Source of the DNA: a virus
Virus record (IMG/VR): IMGVR_UViG_3300048917_000273
Location: 1 to 57,132 of that record
DNA: 57,132 bases
Direction: 5' to 3' (one strand)
The position numbers and the translations under genes are program-made. This document shows, piece by piece, positions 26,040-32,948 of this stretch; position 1 is the first letter of the stretch; the number at the start of each line of letters is the position of its first letter. The notes below the pieces were generated by a model. It made no database searches, was not told where the DNA came from, and saw only the letters and a program-made list of their open reading frames with translations.

Positions 26040-26076
26040 TTGACACGGTCCCAGCTAGGGCATAGAGTTCTCCTAG
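26040..26076 (+). promoter_or_regulatory. rightward promoter PR1
   Basis: TTGACA, a 17-nt spacer, then TAGAGT (26063-26068). CTAGG (26055-26059) and CCTAG (26072-26076) flank the -10. Confidence 0.65.
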
Positions 26077-26137
26077 TTGTTCAGCCAAACGGGCTGAGCG
26101 TCGGACGCCGCGAGTGCGGCGGAATGGAGCGGTTCAG

Positions 26138-26278
26138 ATGGAACGACGTACACGCCTGGTGCCGAATTGGCAGGGCATCGGAACCTGGTGCCTGATCCTG
26201 GCGGCCGTGGCGCTCGCCGTCGCCGCCGCATATGTCCCGGCGATGGTTGCCCGGGCGGCCGTGGGGTGCGGCGCATGA
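26138..26278 (+). CDS. small membrane protein (46 aa)
   Basis: Hand translation: MERRTRLVPNWQGIGTWCLILAAVALAVAAAYVPAMVARAAVGCGA. ATGA overlap with the next gene. It is below the ORF-track cutoff. Confidence 0.4.
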   Translation: MERRTRLVPNWQGIGTWCLILAAVALAVAAAYVPAMVARAAVGCGA

Positions 26279-26763
26279 GCGCGCGTCGGCGGTCGACACA
26301 CGTTCCCGTGTCCCGACGTTGGGACGCGGCCGTAGCCGCGACCGTAGGCGCGTCCATCGTGGCGCTGATCACGGGCGGCGCGCTGGTTGCGGCGGGCGGA
26401 CACGCTGCCGAACCGGCCGCGGCCGCGCACGTCGTGAGCGTGCCGGGCGGCGCGTCGGACGCGCTCCGGATCCGACACACGGCACCCGTCCCGGATGCCG
26501 CGCCGCGCCCCGCTAAAGTGGCGCGGTTCACCCCGGACGCGCCCCGCGTGGCACCCGTCCCGAACCTGACCGGCGCGCTGGTGCCATGCACGTCGGAGGA
26601 TGCACCCGGCCCGTGCTACTGGGACGCCGGCACGGCCGGTAACGGCGTGGGCACGTCGTGGCTGGCCTGGCACGGCCGCGTGTGGTACCCGATCCCGCAT
26701 GGCGACACCAGCGTTACGTTCCGCGGCGTGACGTACTGGGACAGTGGCACGGCGTCGGAGTGA
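26275..26763 (+). CDS. signal-anchored/secreted protein
   Basis: ORF 26167..26763 frame, from ATG 26275 (MSARRRSTHVPVSRRWDAAVAATVGASIVALITGGALVAAG...). Cys/Trp-rich C-terminus. Confidence 0.65.
   Translation: MSARRRSTHVPVSRRWDAAVAATVGASIVALITGGALVAAGGHAAEPAAAAHVVSVPGGASDALRIRHTAPVPDAAPRPAKVARFTPDAPRVAPVPNLTGALVPCTSEDAPGPCYWDAGTAGNGVGTSWLAWHGRVWYPIPHGDTSVTFRGVTYWDSGTASE
26310..26325. repeat. 16-bp palindrome copy (arm variant)
   Basis: GTCCCGACGTTGGGAC. Coding, read as SRRWD. Confidence 0.85.
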
Positions 26764-26770
26764 CGTACGG

Positions 26771-26799
26771 CAGGCCGCGGCGCATGTCGTCGCGGCCTG
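26771..26799 (+). terminator. hairpin after 26275..26763
   Basis: CAGGCCGCG, an 11-nt loop, then CGCGGCCTG. It lies immediately before the PR2 -35. Confidence 0.5.
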
Positions 26800-26800
26800 C

Positions 26801-26837
26801 TTGACACGGTCTGAGCTAGGCCGTAGTTTGTACCTAG
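26801..26837 (+). promoter_or_regulatory. rightward promoter PR2
   Basis: TTGACA, a 17-nt spacer, then TAGTTT (26824-26829). CTAGG at 26816-26820 and CCTAG at 26833-26837. Confidence 0.65.
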
Positions 26838-26863
26838 TTGATCCGCCCGGGTCGACAGTGAGC

Positions 26864-26879
26864 GTCCCAAGGTCGGGAC
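26864..26879. repeat. 16-bp palindrome copy (arm variant)
   Basis: GTCCCAAGGTCGGGAC. It lies between PR2 and ATG 26896. Confidence 0.8.
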
Positions 26880-26895
26880 AGATTGTGAGGATGAC

Positions 26896-27123
26896 ATGAG
26901 CACCTACACTTCCACCGATGAGACCCTGATCGGCGAGACACCCGAACGCATGACCGGCGCCGAGCGCCGGGCGCACCGCCGCATGGCCGACGCTGAACGC
27001 CACCTCATCGCGGTGCTGACGTGGGGCACTGACGAACCGCCCACGGCCGCCGCCGTCGACGCGGCCGAAGCGCGATGCAACCGCGCATACCAAGTGTGGC
27101 GGCGGGCATGCGGGGCGCGCTGA
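26896..27123 (+). CDS. hypothetical protein
   Basis: ORF track, 75 aa, with a GAGGATGAC SD. Confidence 0.65.
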   Translation: MSTYTSTDETLIGETPERMTGAERRAHRRMADAERHLIAVLTWGTDEPPTAAAVDAAEARCNRAYQVWRRACGAR

Positions 27124-27140
27124 TCGCCGCCGCCGTGTGC

Positions 27141-27161
27141 GGCCAGGCATCCGGCCTGGCC
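27141..27161 (+). terminator. weak hairpin
   Basis: GGCCAGG-catccgg-CCTGGCC. Confidence 0.3.
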
Positions 27162-27254
27162 GCCGCGGCCGCCCGCGTGGCGTGGCGCCGAGTCCGGCAT
27201 CCCCGGCTGCCAGCCAGCCAGCCCAGTCGGGCCGCCGCCCGTCCCCGCCCGGCT

Positions 27255-27397
27255 GGTCAATGAAGATCGCTGCCCGGCCACCCGTCGGTCAATGAAGATC
27301 AGCCAGCCCCCGCGGCCGTGGTCAATGAAGATCGCGGTCGCGGGCTGGTCAATGAAGATCGGCTGTCCCAACCCTGGGACGCCGGTCAATGAACATC
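27255..27397 (+). repeat. iteron-like array: 5 direct copies of GGTCAATGAAGATC (last copy GGTCAATGAACATC)
   Basis: Copies at 27255-27268, 27287-27300, 27320-27333, 27347-27360 and 27384-27397, spaced 32, 33, 27 and 37 bp. The array is intergenic and AT-richer than its surroundings. Confidence 0.9.
27365..27380 (+). repeat. 16-bp palindrome copy
   Basis: GTCCCAACCCTGGGAC. It lies between iterons 4 and 5, 31 nt before ATG 27412. Confidence 0.9.
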
Positions 27398-27411
27398 GAA
27401 AGGAATCCCTG

Positions 27412-27759
27412 ATGAGCACCGAAAAACAGATCGCCGCTGATGTGGCCCGAGGACTGTACGCCGACGGCGTCATCGGCCTGCGAGCCATGCGCCCAGTGAG
27501 GGCTGCTGTCGAGCGAGCACTCAAGGAAGATCGAGCACAGCGTCCCAACGTTGGGACGGATGCTGCCGAAGAGGCGGCCGTCGACGAGGAGATGCTGTCG
27601 TCCGCCCAGTGGGTGGAGCGCACCGGCATCCGCATCCTCGACCCGGACGGCTGGCCGCGCAACGAGTTCGTCGCCGCATGGGAGAAGCCCATCACCCGCG
27701 CCGAGTTCATGGCACGAGCAGCGCTGTCCACCACCTGGGATCCGGAGGCCGCTCAATGA
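27412..27759 (+). CDS. hypothetical protein
   Basis: ORF 27292..27759 frame, from ATG 27412 with a CGAAAGGAATC SD block. The upstream part of the listed ORF is the iteron array. Confidence 0.7.
   Translation: MSTEKQIAADVARGLYADGVIGLRAMRPVRAAVERALKEDRAQRPNVGTDAAEEAAVDEEMLSSAQWVERTGIRILDPDGWPRNEFVAAWEKPITRAEFMARAALSTTWDPEAAQ
27542..27557. repeat. 16-bp palindrome copy
   Basis: GTCCCAACGTTGGGAC. Coding, read as RPNVGT. Confidence 0.9.
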
Positions 27760-28055
27760 AGACTCCCGAGCAGATCGCTGAGGAGATCGTTGCCCGCCAC
27801 GCAGACCTGACCCTCGACGACCTCGGCCTCGCAGCCGAGAGCATGATCGTCGAGGCGATCCATGCTGACCGTGCACAGATGAACGAGCCGGAGGACACAG
27901 GCCCCGGGAGCGGCGACCTCTGCGTGCTCGTTTCCACATTCACCGTCGAGCACTACCGATGTGACGAGTATGCCGACGGCACCAGAACAAGTTCGATCGA
28001 CGGCCATGTCGTCGTCCCGCCCAAGCCGGGCGCACTGAAGGGATTCAACCGATGA
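27756..28055 (+). CDS. hypothetical protein
   Basis: ORF 27609..28055 frame, from ATG 27756 (ATGA overlap). Confidence 0.7.
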   Translation: MKTPEQIAEEIVARHADLTLDDLGLAAESMIVEAIHADRAQMNEPEDTGPGSGDLCVLVSTFTVEHYRCDEYADGTRTSSIDGHVVVPPKPGALKGFNR

Positions 28056-28504
28056 AGATCCACAGCGACACGCTGACCCACGCTGACATCGCCGACGCCA
28101 CCCGTGCGGCGGGGATGACCGGCGTCTACACCGCGAACGAGTTCGAGCGCGGCTCCCGCTCCCGTGACCACGGCTTCGAGGTCACGCTGCGCGGGACGTC
28201 GGGCCGCCGTCCCAATCCTGGGACAGGGGGCCGCGACTACGATCCGGACGAGCGTGCTGCCACCTGGGACGAGTGGGGCATGTTCATCCACGCCCTGTTC
28301 GAGCGGGATCCCGAGGCGATCGTCGGGATGTACGCCAGCCAGTCGGCGTTCGATGCCTTCACCTGCGGACGCTTCAGCCACCTGACTGCGGACCATCAGC
28401 ACCGCAACCACCGCTGGTCGTTCGACTTCGTCGACCGCCGCCTGGCCTGCAAGTGCGGCGCAGTGCAGGACCGCGCCGCCGCACTCTTGCCTACGCTTGA
28501 CTAA
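28052..28504 (+). CDS. hypothetical protein
   Basis: ORF track, 150 aa, with an ATGA overlap. Confidence 0.75.
   Translation: MKIHSDTLTHADIADATRAAGMTGVYTANEFERGSRSRDHGFEVTLRGTSGRRPNPGTGGRDYDPDERAATWDEWGMFIHALFERDPEAIVGMYASQSAFDAFTCGRFSHLTADHQHRNHRWSFDFVDRRLACKCGAVQDRAAALLPTLD
28209..28224 (+). repeat. 16-bp palindrome copy
   Basis: GTCCCAATCCTGGGAC. Coding, read as RPNPGT. Confidence 0.9.
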
Positions 28505-28513
28505 CCATCCAGT

Positions 28514-28529
28514 GTCCCAACCCTGGGAC
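28514..28529 (+). repeat. 16-bp palindrome copy
   Basis: GTCCCAACCCTGGGAC. Intergenic, 22 nt before ATG 28552 and followed by CGAAAGGGAATCGC. Confidence 0.9.
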
Positions 28530-28551
28530 GCACTCATCGAAAGGGAATCGC

Positions 28552-28752
28552 ATGATGCGCTTCATCGCACTGCACAACCACGTCGGAGGTGGGCTCGTGT
28601 TCGTGAACATGGCCACCATCCGCACCATCGTTGACTCGCCGACCGGCGGATCGCTCATCACCATCGGCGCGACGGTGCCGCTGAAGGTCAAGGAAGACTC
28701 GGGCCAGGTCTTCACCATCATGCGCCAGGCATCCGAGACGGAGGGACTGTGA
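28552..28752 (+). CDS. hypothetical protein
   Basis: ORF track, 66 aa. Confidence 0.7.
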   Translation: MMRFIALHNHVGGGLVFVNMATIRTIVDSPTGGSLITIGATVPLKVKEDSGQVFTIMRQASETEGL

Positions 28753-29141
28753 TGGCCGCGCTCAAGATCGAGCCGCGCGTCGGCGACACGGTACTGCTCA
28801 CGCAGAGCAACGGCGTTACCGTGAAGGGGCCCATCACCGGGCTCAGCCGCCAGGCGCTCACGCTTGGCAATGGCGCGTACGAGAGCACGGCGGTGCCCAC
28901 CGACTGCATCGTCACCGTCGAGATCCTGGAACGGGCGAAGCGTCCGCTCCCCACCAAGCCGGGCATCTACGTCTCGGCTGGCGCTGACGCCCTCCACATG
29001 GCCCGCCTGTTCCGGCTCGATGCTCTCGGCCATTGGTCTGAGCCTGACGCCCCAATCAGCGAGAGCCGCGCGCTGGCCATCGTCAAGACGATCCACCGGG
29101 AGTTCGGACTCATCCGTCTGGCGAAGGAGACGGAGCAGTGA
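28749..29141 (+). CDS. hypothetical protein
   Basis: ORF track, 130 aa. GTG at 28749 or ATG at 28752 overlaps the upstream stop. Confidence 0.7.
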   Translation: MMAALKIEPRVGDTVLLTQSNGVTVKGPITGLSRQALTLGNGAYESTAVPTDCIVTVEILERAKRPLPTKPGIYVSAGADALHMARLFRLDALGHWSEPDAPISESRALAIVKTIHREFGLIRLAKETEQ

Positions 29142-29503
29142 CCGTCACGACCGCCGAGATCCTGGCATCCATCGACGCCGACACGCCGCTCGCCGAACTG
29201 GTCGACGTCGTGATCCGCAAGCTGCGCACCGCAGAGCTGCCCGAACTGGTCAAGGAAGAAGTGACCGACGATGGTGAGACGTACTGGGCACTGCGCTGCC
29301 CGGTCTGCGAGGAACTGGTCAGCGACTCCGACGATCTCTACACGGTCGACTTCGCCGAGCGCTGGTCATCCGTGACGCCGCGCGACGAGGACTGGGTCGA
29401 GGTGTCGGAGGGCGACTCGACGTTCGACGGCGCGTACTACCTGCACGACAGGGGTCCGCGCCACCTGGTCCGTCTGCCCGACGGGTGGACGGAGGAGTGG
29501 TGA
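29138..29503 (+). CDS. hypothetical protein (CPVC motif)
   Basis: ORF track, 121 aa, with a GTGA overlap. Confidence 0.7.
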   Translation: MTVTTAEILASIDADTPLAELVDVVIRKLRTAELPELVKEEVTDDGETYWALRCPVCEELVSDSDDLYTVDFAERWSSVTPRDEDWVEVSEGDSTFDGAYYLHDRGPRHLVRLPDGWTEEW

Positions 29504-29688
29504 GCGCGCTCGCCGTCCGCTGCCCGTCGTGCAATTCGGCGCCGGGCATGCTGTGCACCCAGCCTGACAGTCGCTCACGCCACGTCGTGACGCGAACCCA
29601 CTTCGTCCGCGAGCACCTCGCTGACGACATCGAGAAGGGGCGCGTGATCAACGCGCCGACGATCAGTCCCAGCCTTGGGACAGAGTAG
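29500..29688 (+). CDS. small Cys-containing protein
   Basis: ORF 29485..29688 frame. GTG at 29500 gives a GTGA overlap after GGAGGAG. The start is uncertain (alternatives 29485 and 29497). Confidence 0.55.
   Translation: MSALAVRCPSCNSAPGMLCTQPDSRSRHVVTRTHFVREHLADDIEKGRVINAPTISPSLGTE
29666..29681 (+). repeat. 16-bp palindrome copy
   Basis: GTCCCAGCCTTGGGAC. It occupies the last codons of 29500..29688 (SPSLGT), 16 nt before ATG 29698. Confidence 0.9.
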
Positions 29689-29697
29689 GAGAACGAC

Positions 29698-30027
29698 ATG
29701 TTCATGGTCATGCGAATCGACGAGAACGGCGTGCCGACGGGCACCGCGTGGGATGCGTTCTACAAGCCCGACAAGGCGGCGGCGGAGGCCGACCGCCTGA
29801 CGGCGCTCGATATGGGTACCGGGATCGGCGAGCACTGGAAGTTCAAGGTCATCCCCGTGCGAGACATCCTCGACCTGGCCGACCTGGTGCAGAACGCATC
29901 ATTCCAGGGTGACGGGCTGGGCTACCGCGCCAGCCTCGGGGAACTCTCATCGAAGATCCGCGAGGAGTACTGGAAGCGGCCGCTTCGATGGGTGCGTCCC
30001 AACGTTGGGACGGAGGCCCAGTCGTGA
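29698..30027 (+). CDS. hypothetical protein
   Basis: ORF track, 109 aa, with an AGGAGA SD. Confidence 0.75.
   Translation: MFMVMRIDENGVPTGTAWDAFYKPDKAAAEADRLTALDMGTGIGEHWKFKVIPVRDILDLADLVQNASFQGDGLGYRASLGELSSKIREEYWKRPLRWVRPNVGTEAQS
29996..30011. repeat. 16-bp palindrome copy
   Basis: GTCCCAACGTTGGGAC. It occupies the last codons of 29698..30027 (RPNVGT), 12 nt before GTG 30024. Confidence 0.9.
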
Positions 30028-30638
30028 GCAAGGGCACGCCGATCACCGACGAGTCATGGATCGAAACGATCCGCGAGGCCACGTTCGAGGCCGCCACCGA
30101 GGGCGACGACCAATCACCCATCGGCTGCTTCTGGAAGATCGACTCGTTCGGTCGGCCGATGGTGGCCCGACAGGACAGCTTCGGCATCTTCTCGACCTCC
30201 GCATTCGACACCGAGGAGGAGCGCGACCGCTACTTCCAGGATCTGCTCAACGCCTACTGGCAGTGGGATGCGGAGGTATCGGACGAGGATCTGGTCGCCG
30301 CGATCAACGGCTTCCGCGAGGCGCTGCTGTTCACGGCCGACCAGACCTGGCCGGACGACGTCGTGCCGTCGTGGAGTGCGGCCGCACAGCAGCAGATTAT
30401 CGACGAGGTCACCGAGTTCGTGACGTCGAACGCGCCGGAGATCCGCGAGTTCCTGGATGCCACCGGACATGAGTGGACGCAGGTCGGCATCGACTTCGCC
30501 TTCACCCGCAACCACGAGGGCGCCGGGTTCTGGGACCGTGGCGCTGGCGAGCCGGGCAAGGTGCTGACCGAGATGTCCCACCCGTGGGGCGAGGTCCGCG
30601 CCGTGCTCGGCGACGACGAAGAGATGGTCATCGAATGA
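30024..30638 (+). CDS. acidic hypothetical protein
   Basis: ORF 29988..30638 frame. GTG at 30024 with a GGAGG SD and a GTGA overlap. Strongly acidic composition. Confidence 0.7.
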   Translation: MSKGTPITDESWIETIREATFEAATEGDDQSPIGCFWKIDSFGRPMVARQDSFGIFSTSAFDTEEERDRYFQDLLNAYWQWDAEVSDEDLVAAINGFREALLFTADQTWPDDVVPSWSAAAQQQIIDEVTEFVTSNAPEIREFLDATGHEWTQVGIDFAFTRNHEGAGFWDRGAGEPGKVLTEMSHPWGEVRAVLGDDEEMVIE

Positions 30639-30859
30639 GCAACGAGAAAGTCAACGTCGTCCCGCCGCAGTGCATGTTCTGCAGCACGCCGCCGGAGAAG
30701 ATCACCGTCGACCTCGAGGCGTACGAGCGCTGGGTCGAGGGCGAACTGATCCAGGTGGCGTTCCCGGAGATGTCGGACGACGACCGCGAGACGCTCAAGT
30801 CCGGCATCCATGGTGCCTGCTGGCACGCCATGTTCGGATCGATGGAGGACGAGGAGTAA
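30635..30859 (+). CDS. hypothetical protein (Cys/His-containing)
   Basis: ORF 30473..30859 frame, from ATG 30635 (ATGA overlap). Confidence 0.65.
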   Translation: MSNEKVNVVPPQCMFCSTPPEKITVDLEAYERWVEGELIQVAFPEMSDDDRETLKSGIHGACWHAMFGSMEDEE

Positions 30860-31128
30860 TGCCGCGCTCGAAGGGCTGGCTCAAGGCTGACGCGCTGCGC
30901 ACGGCGTACATCCGTGAGCAGTACGCCACCATCGGTCCGGACGGCTGCCGTCACGTCGTCGAGTTGTACTGGGACGGGCAGCAAAACCAGTACGTGGTCA
31001 CGCAGCGTGACTACTCGGGGCCGCAGGAGATGCGGTTCAAGCACACCGACGTCCGCTTCTTGGAGAGCCAGCTGGGCGAGGCGCGCGAGTGCTTCACCGA
31101 GGCCGTCGCCGAGATCGAGTCCGCTTGA
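30859..31128 (+). CDS. hypothetical protein
   Basis: ORF 30670..31128 frame, from ATG 30859 (TAATG overlap). Confidence 0.65.
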   Translation: MPRSKGWLKADALRTAYIREQYATIGPDGCRHVVELYWDGQQNQYVVTQRDYSGPQEMRFKHTDVRFLESQLGEARECFTEAVAEIESA

Positions 31129-31164
31129 CACGGACTCACCACTAGGGTAGGGTTATACCCTAGT
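31125..31164 (+). promoter_or_regulatory. rightward promoter PR3
   Basis: TTGACA, a 17-nt spacer, then TAGGGT (31148-31153). A 9-bp inverted repeat, ACTAGGGTA (31141-31149) and TACCCTAGT (31156-31164), spans the -10. Confidence 0.6.
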
Positions 31165-31198
31165 CAAGCAACACCGGGGCATCCGCTCCACCGACACC

Positions 31199-31214
31199 GT
31201 CCCAACCCTGGGAC
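31199..31214 (+). repeat. 16-bp palindrome copy
   Basis: GTCCCAACCCTGGGAC. It lies 18 nt before ATG 31233 and is followed by CGCGAAGGGAATCGC. Confidence 0.9.
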
Positions 31215-31232
31215 ACCGCGAAGGGAATCGCA

Positions 31233-32240
31233 ATGACCATCACCGCATCGACCACGACGTCCACGCTCGCCGGGTTCATGGACGGACGCAACTGGATCGG
31301 CCACGCCGACGAGCGCCGCGTCTACGACGGGGCCGTCCCCACGCAGGACGCCATCGACCTGCTCAGCTACCCGCTCGTCGAGGCCAACCTCACCGCCACC
31401 TGGATCGACGAGAACGGCGTGTCGAGCGTCGACCTGCCCGACCGCAAGGCGATCGTCCGGGCTGACACGGGCGTCGAGTTCGGCATCTTCAAGGGCGGCT
31501 ACCAGATCCACCACCCGGCCGAGTGGCTCGTTGAGCGACTCGACCTGCTCACCCACGGCGGGCTGCAGATCGCGACCGTCGCCGTCACCAACGGCGGGGC
31601 TCGCGTCATCGTCCAGGCCCAGCTGCCCGAGACGATCACGGCAACGGCGCCCGGCGCCGAGCCCGTGCAGCACCGGCCGTGGGCATCGGCGGCAACGTCG
31701 ATGGACGGCACCATCGCCACGACGTACGGCGTCGGCGAGACGCTGCTCATCTGCGAGAACCAGCTGCACCTGCCCGGCTTCCGCCAGTTCATCGCGAACT
31801 TCAACGCGGTGCACAAGGTGAAGCACAGCCGCAACTCGCTGCTCCGTCTCAACGAAGCGCGCCTCTCGCTCGGCCTGGTCGTCGAGCAGGTGGCCGACGA
31901 GTTCGACCGCGAGTTCAAGGAACTGGTGTCGGCCTACGTCAGCGACGCCAAGTTCAACGAGATCGTCAAGGCGTTCACCGGCGTCGACACGGCGAAGGAT
32001 GGGCGCTCGAAGACCATGGCCGAGAACAAGGTCCGTGCGCTGAACGACCTGTGGCGCAATGACGAGCGCGCCGCGTCGTGGAGGAACTCGCAGTACGGCG
32101 TGCTCGCCGCGTTCAACACCGCCCAGCAGTGGGAGTTCGGCTCGGACAAGGGGCGCACCGAGCGCAACCAGAACAACCTCATCACCGGCAAGCGCGAGCA
32201 GTTCGACGCGAACATCCTGCGCATGCTGCAGACCGCCTGA
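31233..32240 (+). CDS. DUF932-like (phage/plasmid-associated) protein
   Basis: ORF track, 335 aa. The pattern KAIVRADTGVEFGIFKGGYQIHH..GGARVIVQAQLP..TSMDGTIATTYGVGETLLICENQL recalls the DUF932 family (from memory). Confidence 0.7.
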   Translation: MTITASTTTSTLAGFMDGRNWIGHADERRVYDGAVPTQDAIDLLSYPLVEANLTATWIDENGVSSVDLPDRKAIVRADTGVEFGIFKGGYQIHHPAEWLVERLDLLTHGGLQIATVAVTNGGARVIVQAQLPETITATAPGAEPVQHRPWASAATSMDGTIATTYGVGETLLICENQLHLPGFRQFIANFNAVHKVKHSRNSLLRLNEARLSLGLVVEQVADEFDREFKELVSAYVSDAKFNEIVKAFTGVDTAKDGRSKTMAENKVRALNDLWRNDERAASWRNSQYGVLAAFNTAQQWEFGSDKGRTERNQNNLITGKREQFDANILRMLQTA

Positions 32241-32252
32241 CCATCACCACAC

Positions 32253-32279
32253 GGGGGCGGGTCCGAACGACCCGCCCCC
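32253..32279 (+). terminator. GC hairpin after the DUF932-like gene
   Basis: GGGGGCGGGTC-cgaac-GACCCGCCCCC gives an 11-bp perfect stem. Confidence 0.6.
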
Positions 32280-32287
32280 ACTGATCC

Positions 32288-32303
32288 GTCCCAAGGTTGG
32301 GAC
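32288..32303. repeat. 16-bp palindrome copy
   Basis: GTCCCAAGGTTGGGAC. It lies 18 nt before ATG 32322 and is followed by GCGAAGGGAATCGC. Confidence 0.9.
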
Positions 32304-32321
32304 AGCGAAGGGAATCGCATC

Positions 32322-32450
32322 ATGGCAACAGCAGAAGAGATCGTGGGCAACGCGATCAACGAGATCGCCGACGGCAGCTACACGAACACGCACTATGCAT
32401 TCGCCGTCACGGCCGTGCAGTTCGCACTCGACCACGGGTTCGGTGAATGA
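32322..32450 (+). CDS. small hypothetical protein (42 aa)
   Basis: Hand translation: MATAEEIVGNAINEIADGSYTNTHYAFAVTAVQFALDHGFGE. It is preceded by the palindrome plus SD block. Confidence 0.5.
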   Translation: MATAEEIVGNAINEIADGSYTNTHYAFAVTAVQFALDHGFGE

Positions 32451-32451
32451 C

Positions 32452-32685
32452 ATGACCAACTACCTCACCAAGCAGCAGGGCAGCCGCCAGCGGGCGGCGC
32501 TCACCCGGGCGATCAACACCGGCGACCCGGCCAAGATCGAGGCCGCCGTCCGCAAGACGGTCGGCGAGTGGAACGACGGGCACTTCGCCTGGCCTGACGA
32601 CTGGTCTCGCTGGCAGCGGGCGCTCGACGACAGCCGTCCATGGAGCGCGCCGTACCTCGACATCACCGCGGTGGACTTCGCATGA
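32452..32685 (+). CDS. hypothetical protein
   Basis: ORF 32059..32685 frame, from ATG 32452 (MTNYLTKQQG...). Confidence 0.65.
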   Translation: MTNYLTKQQGSRQRAALTRAINTGDPAKIEAAVRKTVGEWNDGHFAWPDDWSRWQRALDDSRPWSAPYLDITAVDFA

Positions 32686-32948
32686 GCGCCGGACTGCCCG
32701 GGCGCTCCGAGCGTGGCTTCGGCTACATGCGATTCGAGTACAAGGACTACCGCGGGGGCGAGCCGCGCTCGTTCAGCGTGCAGGAGTCGAGCCTCGCCAC
32801 TGAGCAGAAGCTCTGGGTTGGGCCCGACGAGTCGCACATCAATGACCATGGCATCATCTTCGAGGCGCCCCGCGCACACCTCGGCATCGAGGAAGTGCGC
32901 AAGGTGCGCGACGCCCTGACGGCATGGCTGGAAGAGGTCGACCAATGA
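32682..32948 (+). CDS. hypothetical protein
   Basis: ORF 32640..32948 frame, from ATG 32682 (ATGA overlap). Confidence 0.65.
   Translation: MSAGLPGRSERGFGYMRFEYKDYRGGEPRSFSVQESSLATEQKLWVGPDESHINDHGIIFEAPRAHLGIEEVRKVRDALTAWLEEVDQ

Noticed and set aside
24705-26895. Lysogeny module (integrase, attP, CI/Cro pair) in the inter-arm region
   Set aside because: No tyrosine- or serine-recombinase-like ORF exists anywhere in the window, and I found no recognisable attP core or tRNA fragment. Only the regulator-like gene 25135..25908 remains as an open question.
27255-27397. Repeat array as a CRISPR array
   Set aside because: The repeats are only 14 bp, with 13-23-bp irregular spacers and five copies. 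There are no cas genes. Iteron or operator architecture fits better.
27292-27411. N-terminal extension of ORF 27292..27759 (MKISQPPRPWSMKIAVAGWSMKIG...)
   Set aside because: The apparent coding sequence is just the iteron repeat read in an open frame. The real start with the conserved SD block is ATG 27412.
30575-30590. GTCCCACCCGTGGGGC as a 20th palindrome copy
   Set aside because: It has one arm mismatch (although G-U compatible in RNA). I kept it as a possible degenerate copy only and did not count it.
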